Positions 38,698-48,487 of a DNA stretch of 49,211 nucleotides are shown piece after piece (within the stretch, counting starts at the first letter, position 1; each line of letters opens with the position of its first letter). A program made the translations under genes and the position numbers. The DNA comes from a virus (lineage: Duplodnaviria; Caudoviricetes): the IMG/VR virus record IMGVR_UViG_3300002098_001910, positions 1 to 49,211 of that record, one strand, 5' to 3'. Below the pieces are notes generated by a model. That model had not been told where the DNA came from. It did not search any database and saw only the letters and a program-made list of their open reading frames with translations.

Positions 38698-40545
38698 ATG
38701 GGAGAAAATAATTTAACAGTTTGGCAAAGATTATCCAAAACATTTGGACCTAATTCTCTATTAAATCAAGATTATCCAACATTTAAGTTTGATAAGAAAG
38801 AACTTTTAAGAACTAAAAGTAAAGAAGATTATGAAAGAGAGAAACTACAAGCGCAACAAACTTTCTATTTAACAAATCAATGGGCTAAAGTTGAAAATAA
38901 CTTATATTCTCAAGCAATATATTATGAACCATCAAGATTATCATCACAATATGATTACGAAAGTATGGAATATACTCCAGAAATATCCGCAGCATTAGAC
39001 ATATATGCTGAGGAATCTACAACAACAAACGAAGATGGATTTATATTACAGATATATTCTGAATCAAAAAGAATTAAATCTGTTTTAGCAGATTTATTTA
39101 ATAACTCTTTAGATATCAATACTAACTTACCAATGTGGACAAGGAATACTTGTAAGTATGGTGATAACTTTGTATATCTAAAACTTGACCCTGAAAAAGG
39201 TATTGTTGGATGTCAACAATTACCTACGATAGAAATTGAGCGTAAAGAAGTCGGAGCTTTTCAAAAATTAACTGTAGATATTCAAAAACAAGAAGATAGA
39301 AAAGCTTTACATTTTGATTGGAAAAATAAAAATATGACTTTTCAATCATGGGAAATTGCTCACTTTCGTTTATTAGGTGATGATAGGAAATTACCTTACG
39401 GAACATCAATGCTAGAAAAGGCTAGAAGAATTTGGAAACAACTTCTTTTATCTGAGGACGCTATGTTAATTTATAGAACATCAAGAGCACCTGAAAGAAG
39501 AATTTTTAAAGTTTTTGTTGGAAACATGAATGATGATGATGTTGAGGCTTACGTACAACGTGTTGCAAATAAATTCAAAAGAGAACAAATTGTTGATAGT
39601 AAAACAGGTAATGTGGATATGAGATTTAATCAAATGGCTGTAGACCAAGATTATTTTGTTCCTGTTAGAGACCCTGCAGCACCAAGTCCAATTGATACTT
39701 TACCTGGTGCAACAAATTTATCTGAGATTGCAGATATTGAATATATTCAAAAGAAATTACTGACAGCACTTCGTGTACCAAAAGCATTTTTGGGATTTGA
39801 AGAAGTTGTTGGTGATGGAAAAAATTTATCTTTACAGGATATTAGATTTGCTCGTACAATTAATAGAATTCAAAAAAGTATGTTGCAAGAATTAAATAAA
39901 ATTGCAATAATACATTTATTTTTATTAGGTTTTGAAGATGAGTTATCAAATTTTACTTTAGGATTAACAAACCCATCAACACAGGCAGATTTACTAAAAA
40001 TTGACGTATGGAAAGAAAAAGTTCTTCTTTATAAAGATTTAGTTTCTGACCCTGGAAATGGAATACAACCAGCATCGTCTACATGGGCTAAAAAACATAT
40101 ATTTGGATGGTCTGATGATGAGATACGATTAGATTTACAACAACAAAGAATTGAAAGAGCGGTTGGTGAGGAATTAAAAGCAACTCCAACAGTTATCACT
40201 AAAACAGGTTTATTTGACAATATAGACAAATTGTATGGAAATACTTCAGGAGCAACTGCAACAACAGCAGCTGAACAAGGAGCTCCATCAGGAGAAATAG
40301 AATCTCCATTACCATCATCATTTGGCGGAGCAGGAGAATCCTCACCGCCAGCTCCATCTGAAGAGGAAGGTGGAACCGCAACTCAACCGTCACCTGCAGA
40401 AATAACTCCTGAGTCTAAATTTGATAATTTAAATATTTTAATAGAAAATAATCTTATAAATGGTTCAAAGTTCATTGATTTAGGTCATGCACAAGAATCT
40501 TTAGGAGAAATTTCAAAAGAATTAGATAAGTTACTAAACTCGTAA
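38698..40545 (+). CDS. gp20: Portal protein (T4 gp20-like)
   Basis: EDA.LIYR..RAPERR.F, D.F.P.R, I.TLPG..NL..I.DI.Y, AL.VP. Confidence 0.95.
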   Translation: MGENNLTVWQRLSKTFGPNSLLNQDYPTFKFDKKELLRTKSKEDYEREKLQAQQTFYLTNQWAKVENNLYSQAIYYEPSRLSSQYDYESMEYTPEISAALDIYAEESTTTNEDGFILQIYSESKRIKSVLADLFNNSLDINTNLPMWTRNTCKYGDNFVYLKLDPEKGIVGCQQLPTIEIERKEVGAFQKLTVDIQKQEDRKALHFDWKNKNMTFQSWEIAHFRLLGDDRKLPYGTSMLEKARRIWKQLLLSEDAMLIYRTSRAPERRIFKVFVGNMNDDDVEAYVQRVANKFKREQIVDSKTGNVDMRFNQMAVDQDYFVPVRDPAAPSPIDTLPGATNLSEIADIEYIQKKLLTALRVPKAFLGFEEVVGDGKNLSLQDIRFARTINRIQKSMLQELNKIAIIHLFLLGFEDELSNFTLGLTNPSTQADLLKIDVWKEKVLLYKDLVSDPGNGIQPASSTWAKKHIFGWSDDEIRLDLQQQRIERAVGEELKATPTVITKTGLFDNIDKLYGNTSGATATTAAEQGAPSGEIESPLPSSFGGAGESSPPAPSEEEGGTATQPSPAEITPESKFDNLNILIENNLINGSKFIDLGHAQESLGEISKELDKLLNS

Positions 40546-40552
40546 TATTTAT

Positions 40553-41266
40553 TTGAAAATGATACCAATGACCTTCGGAACAATAAAATCCATAATAGAA
40601 AAAAATCTTCTTGAATCTTATAAAGACGAGAAAGAATTCAAGAAATTATTAAGAGAATTTAAACAAAACGTTTTAATGAATAAATCTATGTCGAAAATTT
40701 ATTCATTATATAATCAATTAAATTCACCACAAGAATTATCAGAATCTGACGCTAAAGAATTTTTACAAGAAGGAGTACATTTAATTCAAAAATTATTACC
40801 GAATATCAAGCTTCCAAATACTATTTCTAAGGAGATAGATAACAAATATTCCGATTTAGATACAATTGTTTATTTAAATAAATTAAATTTATCAGAAAGA
40901 TTACAATCGAAAAAAAATCTTATTAAAGTCCTAACTTCAAGTAGTACTACAATCAAAGAATCTATAAATATTCCTGTTAAATCGATGGTTAGTATTGCAA
41001 ATCAAACATTAAGAAATTATATAGAAACTATGGATGAGAATTCTAAAAAAGAATTTTTAGAATTAATATCTGAAGATTCACAATCTTTGGAAACTAAGTT
41101 TGAAATAATTCGTGAAAATACAATAAGTAAACTTCAAAATATTTTAGAAAAAGAAGAAGAATTTGAATTAAAAACTAAGTTATCCGAAACAATAGATAGA
41201 ATTAAAAATGAAAAATTCGACCAATTTAACTTTTTAAAGTTAAAAAGTTTAGAAGAATCTATTTAA
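40553..41266 (+). CDS. Head-module hypothetical protein
   Basis: Between portal and protease; TATTTAT upstream. Confidence 0.7.
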   Translation: MKMIPMTFGTIKSIIEKNLLESYKDEKEFKKLLREFKQNVLMNKSMSKIYSLYNQLNSPQELSESDAKEFLQEGVHLIQKLLPNIKLPNTISKEIDNKYSDLDTIVYLNKLNLSERLQSKKNLIKVLTSSSTTIKESINIPVKSMVSIANQTLRNYIETMDENSKKEFLELISEDSQSLETKFEIIRENTISKLQNILEKEEEFELKTKLSETIDRIKNEKFDQFNFLKLKSLEESI

Positions 41267-41448
41267 CTATTTTTCTGTTTCTGAACGTATATTGCCTTTA
41301 ATATTTTATTTCTGTTTTTAACAGAATCTTTCACATACTCTTTTCTTTCAAAAAGAATTTTATTTTGTTTAGTTTTAATAACTTTAGATTTTAAATTCTT
41401 TAAGGCTTTTTCTATGTTTTCGCCATTTTTTATTTCAATAATTATCAT
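41263..41448 (-). CDS. rpsU: Ribosomal protein bS21
   Basis: I.IK.GENIEKALK..K.K..KTK....L.ERKEY.K.SV..R....KA.Y, the Bacteroidota-type bS21 pattern. Confidence 0.9.
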   Translation of the reverse strand: MIIIEIKNGENIEKALKNLKSKVIKTKQNKILFERKEYVKDSVKNRNKILKAIYVQKQKNS

Positions 41449-41549
41449 ATATATATATATACAAATATCTTATTTTTGTAAAAATTTTGACATTAAGAAT
41501 AAATAGTGTTACTTTTTAAAAAAAATAAACATTATCAATATGAAAATTA

Positions 41550-42005
41550 ATGAAAAAAGGTAAAAGTGTTAAATTAAACTTATTTAATACAATTAAATCT
41601 GTTTATGGTACAGTGGATTCTAAAGAATTAAAATCAGTTTACATTAATATTCAGTCATGGGTAGACCCCAAATTTGAACACGATAATTGGAACCGTGTAG
41701 TTTGTAATTTAAGTAGAGAAATAAAACATTCTGTTTTTAATTCGGTAGATAATTTACTATTTAAAGAACAAACAATAGTTGATTTAGATTTAAGAACAAG
41801 TGGAATATCATTCGGTAAAAAATCCTTCTTTAATTTAGAAATCAATTTATATGCAAATAGAGAAATTGATTTCAAATCAGTAGAATTGAAAGATTCAATT
41901 AAAAAAATAATAAAAATCATTCATAAAAATAACATTAGTAATAATGAATATTTTTATTTTTCTACAACTAAAAAGCAAATAAATGAACAAAGTATTGTTA
42001 TCTGA
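41550..42005 (+). CDS. Conserved hypothetical protein
   Basis: YGTVD.K..KS.YI.IQSW...IVDLDLR.SGI..KKSF. Confidence 0.7.
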   Translation: MKKGKSVKLNLFNTIKSVYGTVDSKELKSVYINIQSWVDPKFEHDNWNRVVCNLSREIKHSVFNSVDNLLFKEQTIVDLDLRTSGISFGKKSFFNLEINLYANREIDFKSVELKDSIKKIIKIIHKNNISNNEYFYFSTTKKQINEQSIVI

Positions 42006-42027
42006 TATATTTATTCTAAAATAGCCA

Positions 42028-42759
42028 ATGAAAAAATTAAGAATTTTAGAAGCCAATGAACTTGGGCATGGTATTTTAATTGAAATGGATGCAGGATGGG
42101 TTTCTCCAAAAGATGAAATAAATGCGAATATACTTAAAGAAGCGTCAACTTTAGATTATAGAAATCCTTTTGAATTTTACGCTGTTTTACAAAAATATGA
42201 TACTGCCAATAGAAATGGAAGATTTTATCCTGAAAGAATCTTAAAAAGAGAATCAGAAAAATATAAAAAAACAATATCTAAAGGATTATCAACTTCAGAA
42301 CTTAACCATCCTGAATCTTCACTAATTGATTTAGATAGAGTATCTCACATGATAACGGATATATGGTGGGACCGAAATATTTTAATGGGTAAATTAAAAT
42401 TATTAACATCACCAGGATTTCATGAAAAAGGTATTGTTTCAACTAAAGGAGACCAAGCGGCAAATTTAATGAGACAAGGGGTTACTTTAGGAATATCGTC
42501 AAGAGGTGTTGGTTCACTAAAAAAAGTTGGAGAAAGAAATGAGGTACAAGATGATTTTGAATTAATATGTTTTGACTTAGTATCATCTCCATCAACACCA
42601 GGAGCCTATTTATTTTCAAATCCTGAGGACAGAGAAAAATATGAAGAAAATTTAGAAGAAGAAAAAAGAAATTATAGGATAGAATCTTTATCTGATAATA
42701 ATTCTATTGATAAATCTATTGATTTAATGAAAAAATTATCCGATTATTTAGATAAATAA
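42028..42759 (+). CDS. gp21: Prohead protease (T4 gp21-like)
   Basis: NRNGR.YP, ELNHP, VSH.I, GISSRG.GS, FDLV..PS.P.A. Confidence 0.95.
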   Translation: MKKLRILEANELGHGILIEMDAGWVSPKDEINANILKEASTLDYRNPFEFYAVLQKYDTANRNGRFYPERILKRESEKYKKTISKGLSTSELNHPESSLIDLDRVSHMITDIWWDRNILMGKLKLLTSPGFHEKGIVSTKGDQAANLMRQGVTLGISSRGVGSLKKVGERNEVQDDFELICFDLVSSPSTPGAYLFSNPEDREKYEENLEEEKRNYRIESLSDNNSIDKSIDLMKKLSDYLDK

Positions 42760-42769
42760 AAATCTACTT

Positions 42770-42982
42770 ATGAACGAGAAATATTTTGTGGCTAAAGTCA
42801 CCTATGATTTACCTGATGAAAATTCTGGAAAAATTAAAAAAATTAAAGAAGAAAAACTTGTAAAAGGATTTTCAGTGACTGATGTTGAAGCAAAAGTTAC
42901 TAAGAAATATGAGGTATTTTCCTATGATTGGAGAATAACTTCAGTATCTGAAAGTAAAATAGATGAAGTTATTGAAGATTAA
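42770..42982 (+). CDS. Small protein (DUF4494-like)
   Basis: YF.AKV.Y...GK.KK..E..LV...SVT..EAK...I.SV.ESKI.EV. Confidence 0.6.
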   Translation: MNEKYFVAKVTYDLPDENSGKIKKIKEEKLVKGFSVTDVEAKVTKKYEVFSYDWRITSVSESKIDEVIED

Positions 42983-42998
42983 TAATCCTAAAAAATTT

Positions 42999-43029
42999 AA
43001 AGTGGTCAAATCTGACCACTTTTTTTTTG
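42999..43029 (+). terminator. Intrinsic terminator
   Basis: AAAGTGGTCA-AATC-TGACCACTTTTTT. Confidence 0.85.
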
Positions 43030-43119
43030 CTATTTTGATATAATAATTATTTCTTTTTCATGTAAAATAATAACTTTTTACACTTTGATACTATTTATTA
43101 GTTAAAATAATAGATTTCT

Positions 43120-44706
43120 ATGCAAAAGAATAAATCATTAGTACAAGAGGCGCTAATTCAAATGAAACAAGTTGAAGAAGCAATAGCCGAAAATGCAAAA
43201 GGAATACTTGCTTCTACTATGAAGGAAGAAATCAACCAATTAGTAAAAGAATCTCTTTCTGAGCAAGACGATGAAAATGAGATTGATTTAGATTCAGATG
43301 TAGACATTGATGTAGATGACAAAGCGCACAACGCTGATGTCGATATTGATATGGATACTGATAATGAAGATGATATGGATGTTGATACAGACACTCACAT
43401 TGATTCTGATGAAGAAAGTCCAATTGATTTAACTCATGAAGACGATGATACAATTCTTAAAGTATTTAAAGCTATGAGTGAAAAAGACGGAATCATCATT
43501 AAAAAAGATGGTGACGATATTCACTTAACAGACAATGATGCTGATACAGAATATCTCGTTAAACTTGGTGAATCTGAAGAAGACGAACAAATAAACATGG
43601 ATGAAATGAATCACATGAATTATGACGAACAAGATGAATCGATTGATGATATAATCGACGCAATCTTTAGCCCAAATGGCAATACTTCAAAAGTTGATGT
43701 TAACGATTTAAAAAAAGATGTTGACTCAGACGATGAAGAAGTTGTTTATGAAATTGAATTTGACGAACAAGACGAAGAAATGGACGAACAAAACTGGCAA
43801 GAAGAAATGGACGAACAAAACTGGCAAGAAGATATGGACGAACAAGACGAAGAAATGGACGAACAAGACGAAGAAATGGACGAACAAGACGAAGAAATGG
43901 ACGAACAAGACAATTTAGATGAATCTATCAATCAAAAAAAATCACAGAAAAAGATTAAACCTAAAGGCGTTGGAATTGGCTCTGGACCTAAATTCTCATA
44001 CAAAAAAGGAAACTTTAAAGGATTCTCTGAAGATAAAAAAGAGGCTCCAAAAGCTATGGGAACTGGTAAGGCAAAATTCGAATACAAAAAAGGACCTAAC
44101 GCTGAAGGTAATGCTAAAAAGGTTGAAACAAAAGAAGCTTTTGGTGGTAAAAAAGGTGACGATTCAAAAAGTCACAAAGATTATGAAAAATCAGAAACCA
44201 AAGAAGCCGCAAGAACTTTCGGAAGCGGTTCAAAAGAAGGAAGAGGCTTAAGAAAAGGCATCACTAATAATAGAAATTATGTTTATAGCAATAGTGGTGT
44301 TAAAGTTGAATCTTTAGAAAATGAAGTTAGTACGTTGAGAGAAAAAAATGAAGAATATAGAAAAGCATTAAATGTTTTCAGAGAAAAACTTAATGAGGTT
44401 GCTATCTTCAATTCAAATTTAGCTTACGCAACAAGATTGTTCACGGAGCACTCAACAACTAAAAAAGAAAAAATAAATATTCTTAGAAGATTTGATGGAG
44501 TTGAGACCTTGAAAGAATCAAAATATCTTTATAAATCAATTAAAGATGAACTTTCAAAATCAGATACAAAATCAATCAATGAATCAGTTGAAAACAAATT
44601 AAATAAACATGTATCAACAGGTTCATCAAGTACCCTTATCGAATCAAAAACTTATGAAAATCCTCAATTTTTAAGAATGAAAGATTTAATGAGTAAAATG
44701 GGTTAA
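43120..44706 (+). CDS. Prohead core/scaffold protein (gp22-like)
   Basis: Acidic, coiled-coil, directly upstream of the MCP; many [ILMV]xE sites. Confidence 0.8.
   Translation: MQKNKSLVQEALIQMKQVEEAIAENAKGILASTMKEEINQLVKESLSEQDDENEIDLDSDVDIDVDDKAHNADVDIDMDTDNEDDMDVDTDTHIDSDEESPIDLTHEDDDTILKVFKAMSEKDGIIIKKDGDDIHLTDNDADTEYLVKLGESEEDEQINMDEMNHMNYDEQDESIDDIIDAIFSPNGNTSKVDVNDLKKDVDSDDEEVVYEIEFDEQDEEMDEQNWQEEMDEQNWQEDMDEQDEEMDEQDEEMDEQDEEMDEQDNLDESINQKKSQKKIKPKGVGIGSGPKFSYKKGNFKGFSEDKKEAPKAMGTGKAKFEYKKGPNAEGNAKKVETKEAFGGKKGDDSKSHKDYEKSETKEAARTFGSGSKEGRGLRKGITNNRNYVYSNSGVKVESLENEVSTLREKNEEYRKALNVFREKLNEVAIFNSNLAYATRLFTEHSTTKKEKINILRRFDGVETLKESKYLYKSIKDELSKSDTKSINESVENKLNKHVSTGSSSTLIESKTYENPQFLRMKDLMSKMG
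43762..43911 (+). repeat. In-frame 21/27-nt tandem repeats (DEQDEEM / DEQNWQEEM)
   Basis: Directly visible in the sequence. Confidence 0.9.
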
Positions 44707-44736
44707 AAAATAAATTAAAAAAAAAATAACAACAAA

Positions 44737-46539
44737 ATGGGAGCATTATTAGAATCAGGTCTTGTTGGTAACATCGGTCTTAAGCACCTTAAAGTTATCA
44801 AAGAAGACACAATCAGCAAATGGGACAAATTAGGATTTCTAGAAGGTCTTAAAGGTCACATGAGAGAAAACGTAGCACAGCTTTATGAAAACCAAGCGTC
44901 TTACTTAATTAACGAAGCATCATCTACATCTGATACAGGTGCATTTGAAACAGTGGTTTTCCCTATCGTAAGAAGAGTTTTCTCAAAACTTTTAGCTAAC
45001 GATATCGTATCAGTACAAGCAATGAACTTACCAATTGGTAAATTATTCTATTTTGTACCTAACATTCAGTCGTATACCGACCCAACAAATTTGGCGAATA
45101 CTGGTCAACACTATGCACCTTATGGGTCACCTAACGCATCTGCAGACCAAACACCAAACAGCGGTTATGACTATAATAACACTAAAGACCTTTATGATAG
45201 GTTCTACGAAGGTAATGAACCAGCATTAGACCCACCAGGTTTATTTGATTATTCTAAAGGACAATATTCGTCTATCACTGCAAATGTATCTACAGTAGCA
45301 TGGTTATACGACCAATTAGTTGTTTCAGGTTATGCAACTTCTGATTACAGAAAAGTATTAATCGTTATGTCAGGTTTTGCTTCTGACGGAGCAGGTAAAT
45401 TAATCGGTCCTGATGGTCAACCAATGGATAACGAAGCATTCCTTTCTGATTTAACAGTTTATGGAGTTGCTGGAAATCCAACAACTGCAGCTAACGTAAA
45501 CAATCCTTATTTATTTAGAGTTGTTACTCAAAGATATGGTAAAGGTATTGTTCAGTATGGTAATAACAATGCAACACTTACATTCCCTAATAGTAAAACA
45601 GGTGGCGGTCAATATGACAACATTTGTGATGCTGAAGGTAAGATTTATCTTGAAGTTGATTTACAAGTACCTTGTACTGTTGGTCAAAATTCATTAGATG
45701 GTTATTCTGGTTCAACATTCTCATCAACGACAACACCTGATACTGCGTTCGCAGCAACTTATAGAATCTATAAGAATTTAGAATTTGAAGATAGAATTGG
45801 TGAGGTTTCGTTTGACCTTATGTCAGTAACAGTTTCTGTAACTGAAAGAAAATTAAGAGCACAATGGTCTCCAGAAATGGCACAAGACGTTGCAGCATTC
45901 CACAACATTGACGCTGAAGCTGAATTAACAGCTCTATTGTCTGAACAAGTTGCGGCTGAAATCGATAGAGAAATCTTAAGAGACCTTAGAAAAGGCGCAG
46001 CATGGAACTTAAGATGGGATTACAACGGTTGGAAGAGATTAGGTACTAATGCAGTTCCTTATACTCAAAAAGACTGGAACCAAACATTGATTACTGCGGT
46101 TAACCAAATTTCAGCTCAAATCCATAAATCTACTTTAAGAGGTGGTGCTAACTGGATTGTTGTTTCTTCTGAAATCAGTGCAATTTTTGATGATTTGGAA
46201 TATTTCCACGTATCAAATGCTGCTCCTGAACAAGACCAATACAACATGGGTATTGAAAGAGTTGGAACATTAGCAGGTCGTTACCAAGTGTACAGAGACC
46301 CTTACTTCCCAGCTAACCAAGTGTTATTGGGTCACAAAGGAACTTCTTTGTTAGACACTGGTTACATCTACGCACCGTATGTACCACTACAATTAACTCC
46401 AACAATGTACAATCCGTTTAACTTTACACCAATAAAAGGTATCATGACTAGATACGCAAAAAAGATGGTGAACAACAGATTTTACGGTAGAATTACAGTT
46501 GATGGTGTTAGAACATTTGATTTAAGAGAATTGAGATAA
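44737..46539 (+). CDS. gp23: Major capsid protein (T4 gp23-like)
   Basis: P.VRRV, VQ.M..P.G..F, RKL.A.W..E.AQD....H.IDAE.EL, EIDRE, YAPY.PL, P..G..TRY. Confidence 0.97.
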   Translation: MGALLESGLVGNIGLKHLKVIKEDTISKWDKLGFLEGLKGHMRENVAQLYENQASYLINEASSTSDTGAFETVVFPIVRRVFSKLLANDIVSVQAMNLPIGKLFYFVPNIQSYTDPTNLANTGQHYAPYGSPNASADQTPNSGYDYNNTKDLYDRFYEGNEPALDPPGLFDYSKGQYSSITANVSTVAWLYDQLVVSGYATSDYRKVLIVMSGFASDGAGKLIGPDGQPMDNEAFLSDLTVYGVAGNPTTAANVNNPYLFRVVTQRYGKGIVQYGNNNATLTFPNSKTGGGQYDNICDAEGKIYLEVDLQVPCTVGQNSLDGYSGSTFSSTTTPDTAFAATYRIYKNLEFEDRIGEVSFDLMSVTVSVTERKLRAQWSPEMAQDVAAFHNIDAEAELTALLSEQVAAEIDREILRDLRKGAAWNLRWDYNGWKRLGTNAVPYTQKDWNQTLITAVNQISAQIHKSTLRGGANWIVVSSEISAIFDDLEYFHVSNAAPEQDQYNMGIERVGTLAGRYQVYRDPYFPANQVLLGHKGTSLLDTGYIYAPYVPLQLTPTMYNPFNFTPIKGIMTRYAKKMVNNRFYGRITVDGVRTFDLRELR

Positions 46540-46561
46540 TCAATTTCTTATGAAATACACT

Positions 46562-46590
46562 AAAAGGGACAAGAAATTGTCCCTTTTTTT
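46562..46590 (+). terminator. Terminator after the MCP
   Basis: AAAAGGGAC-AAGAAATT-GTCCCTTTTTTT. Confidence 0.85.
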
Positions 46591-46734
46591 ATTTATTATA
46601 ATAAATAACTGATTTTTCGGTTAAATGTTGTATATTCATAATTATGAAAAAGATAGAATTAAACAAAGAAGAATTAGATAACATTATTAAATCAAATAAG
46701 GTTTTATAGTGTATTTATAATAAAGTTTATATAA

Positions 46735-47931
46735 ATGATTAAGCAAACATGGAATATTGGTGTTAAAGAAAAATTAAGAATTCTTAATTTACATGAAACT
46801 GCAACTAAAAACCAATATCTTATATTAGAACAAAAAGAGGTGGTAACAAAAAAAATTGAAATTGGGAAGCCGATAACTTTTAATTTACCAAATACATTTG
46901 CTAGTGGTCAATATAAAATTACTAACACAATATCAATAGATTCTGCTATAAATCAAATTAACAATTATGTAAAACAATATCCATTAAACTCTAAATTTGA
47001 GGTGATAATAGAATCATCAGAATCTAAAGTTCCGAATACAGGAGTTGGATTAAATCCAGGAGATTTATCAAGATTGAGGGCTGAAGAAATTGAAAACTAT
47101 ATAAATGGTAAAATACCAAAAAGTGTAGTACCAAAAATTGAAAATAAGGGAGCTCAAGGTCCAGAATGGAATCCTAAATTAGGTTCTAATAATTCAATAT
47201 ATACAGAATATCAATATGTTAAATTAATTTTTTCAATTTCAGGTGAAAAAGAAAATATTGAGACAAAAATAATTCCTGTAAATTGTAATGTATCTGCAAA
47301 AAATACAGGAGGAGGGGTCATACCATCATCTAAAGATTTTACACAAGTACAAGAATGGGATTTAGGAGAAGGGGAAGGCCAAATTTATTTGTGGTATGAA
47401 ACATATGAAATGCCAGATATCATATATTTTGAGTATAATGGTAAACCTATACATACCCCAATTTTTGCTGGTTCTCAAAAAGATGAATATAGAATTTTTG
47501 TTGGTGTTTCTCTTTTGGCAAAATATAAAGGTGGAGCATTGCCAGCACAATTTGGTGAATCTCAATATAAAAAATTAAAAAATACTGATAGTGTGATTAT
47601 AAATTCTTTACCTGCAATGAAAAAATGGGGATTATCAAAATCTTTTGATAATACATTTGGAAAAGGACAGGAATTTGATAATCCTAATTATATGAATTCT
47701 TTTATAAAGTATGATAATAGTGATGGTAAAGTAAGGGATGGTAAAATATTAATTAAAGAATTAGGTGAAGATTTCCCTTGGGGGTATTTATCGTCTAAAA
47801 TGGGTCCTACTCTTGTTAAAAACATTGGTCCTATCAATAAAAAAATGGGTGTTGATAAAATTAAAGTTATTAACGTCAGCCCTAACGGAACTACTAAATG
47901 GTCTATTGGGGGAACTTGCAATCCATTCTGA
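46735..47931 (+). CDS. Putative virion protein with OmpA-like domain
   Basis: N-terminal EK.RIL.LHE; F.SG...I..S.S.V...LS..RA......I...QYV; TATTTAT upstream. Confidence 0.6.
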   Translation: MIKQTWNIGVKEKLRILNLHETATKNQYLILEQKEVVTKKIEIGKPITFNLPNTFASGQYKITNTISIDSAINQINNYVKQYPLNSKFEVIIESSESKVPNTGVGLNPGDLSRLRAEEIENYINGKIPKSVVPKIENKGAQGPEWNPKLGSNNSIYTEYQYVKLIFSISGEKENIETKIIPVNCNVSAKNTGGGVIPSSKDFTQVQEWDLGEGEGQIYLWYETYEMPDIIYFEYNGKPIHTPIFAGSQKDEYRIFVGVSLLAKYKGGALPAQFGESQYKKLKNTDSVIINSLPAMKKWGLSKSFDNTFGKGQEFDNPNYMNSFIKYDNSDGKVRDGKILIKELGEDFPWGYLSSKMGPTLVKNIGPINKKMGVDKIKVINVSPNGTTKWSIGGTCNPF

Positions 47932-47969
47932 TAAATTTATCATTTTACAAAAAAACAAAGAATATTAAT

Positions 47970-48389
47970 CTAAAATAAAAATTGATTATTTTTCTTTAAA
48001 ATTTTATATCCTAATTTAATTCTTGGTTCAACTTGGGGTAACGAAAATTCCACAATTTCTCTTATTTCAGTAAGTAATGAATTATCTTCTCCTTTTAATT
48101 TAACATTTTCAAAATAAACATATCTATTTTTATCAAATGTTTTTTTAATCATTGTGAATGAAGATTGAAATCCAATTAATTCATCCATAATTTTTTCCAT
48201 ATGGAGTAAATGCGGTGATAATTTTTTTAATATAAAATCAGAATCAACTTTTTGTAAGTAAGCAAATAAAAGATATTGTTTGTGTTCAAAATCTATTGGA
48301 GATTCGATATACCAATTCAGAGACAATATATTTTCCATCTCAGATATGTTTATAATAAATATCTTTATTACTAATCTTAAGATAATCAT
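47970..48389 (-). CDS. Conserved hypothetical protein (true start probably MENIL)
   Basis: W....PIDFEHKQY.L.AYLQ motif. Confidence 0.65.
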   Translation of the reverse strand: MIILRLVIKIFIINISEMENILSLNWYIESPIDFEHKQYLLFAYLQKVDSDFILKKLSPHLLHMEKIMDELIGFQSSFTMIKKTFDKNRYVYFENVKLKGEDNSLLTEIREIVEFSLPQVEPRIKLGYKILKKNNQFLF

Positions 48390-48487
48390 TTTAAGACGAT
48401 TCTTTGACTTAAAAAATAATTTTGGTATTATGTACGTAAAATTAAAAATATGTCTAAAAACAATATTTAAAATTGTATTATCAATAC

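Noticed and set aside
43762-43911. Scaffold, Thr/Pro and 35214-35519 repeats as CRISPR arrays
   Set aside because: They are contiguous coding repeats with no unique spacers.
46735-48389. cas genes next to the array
   Set aside because: Neither ORF shows Cas1, Cas2, Cas4, RuvC or HEPN motifs. One looks like a virion protein and the other is a short hypothetical.
48422-48457. An eleventh, further-degenerate array repeat
   Set aside because: Similarity is too weak to separate from AT-rich background.
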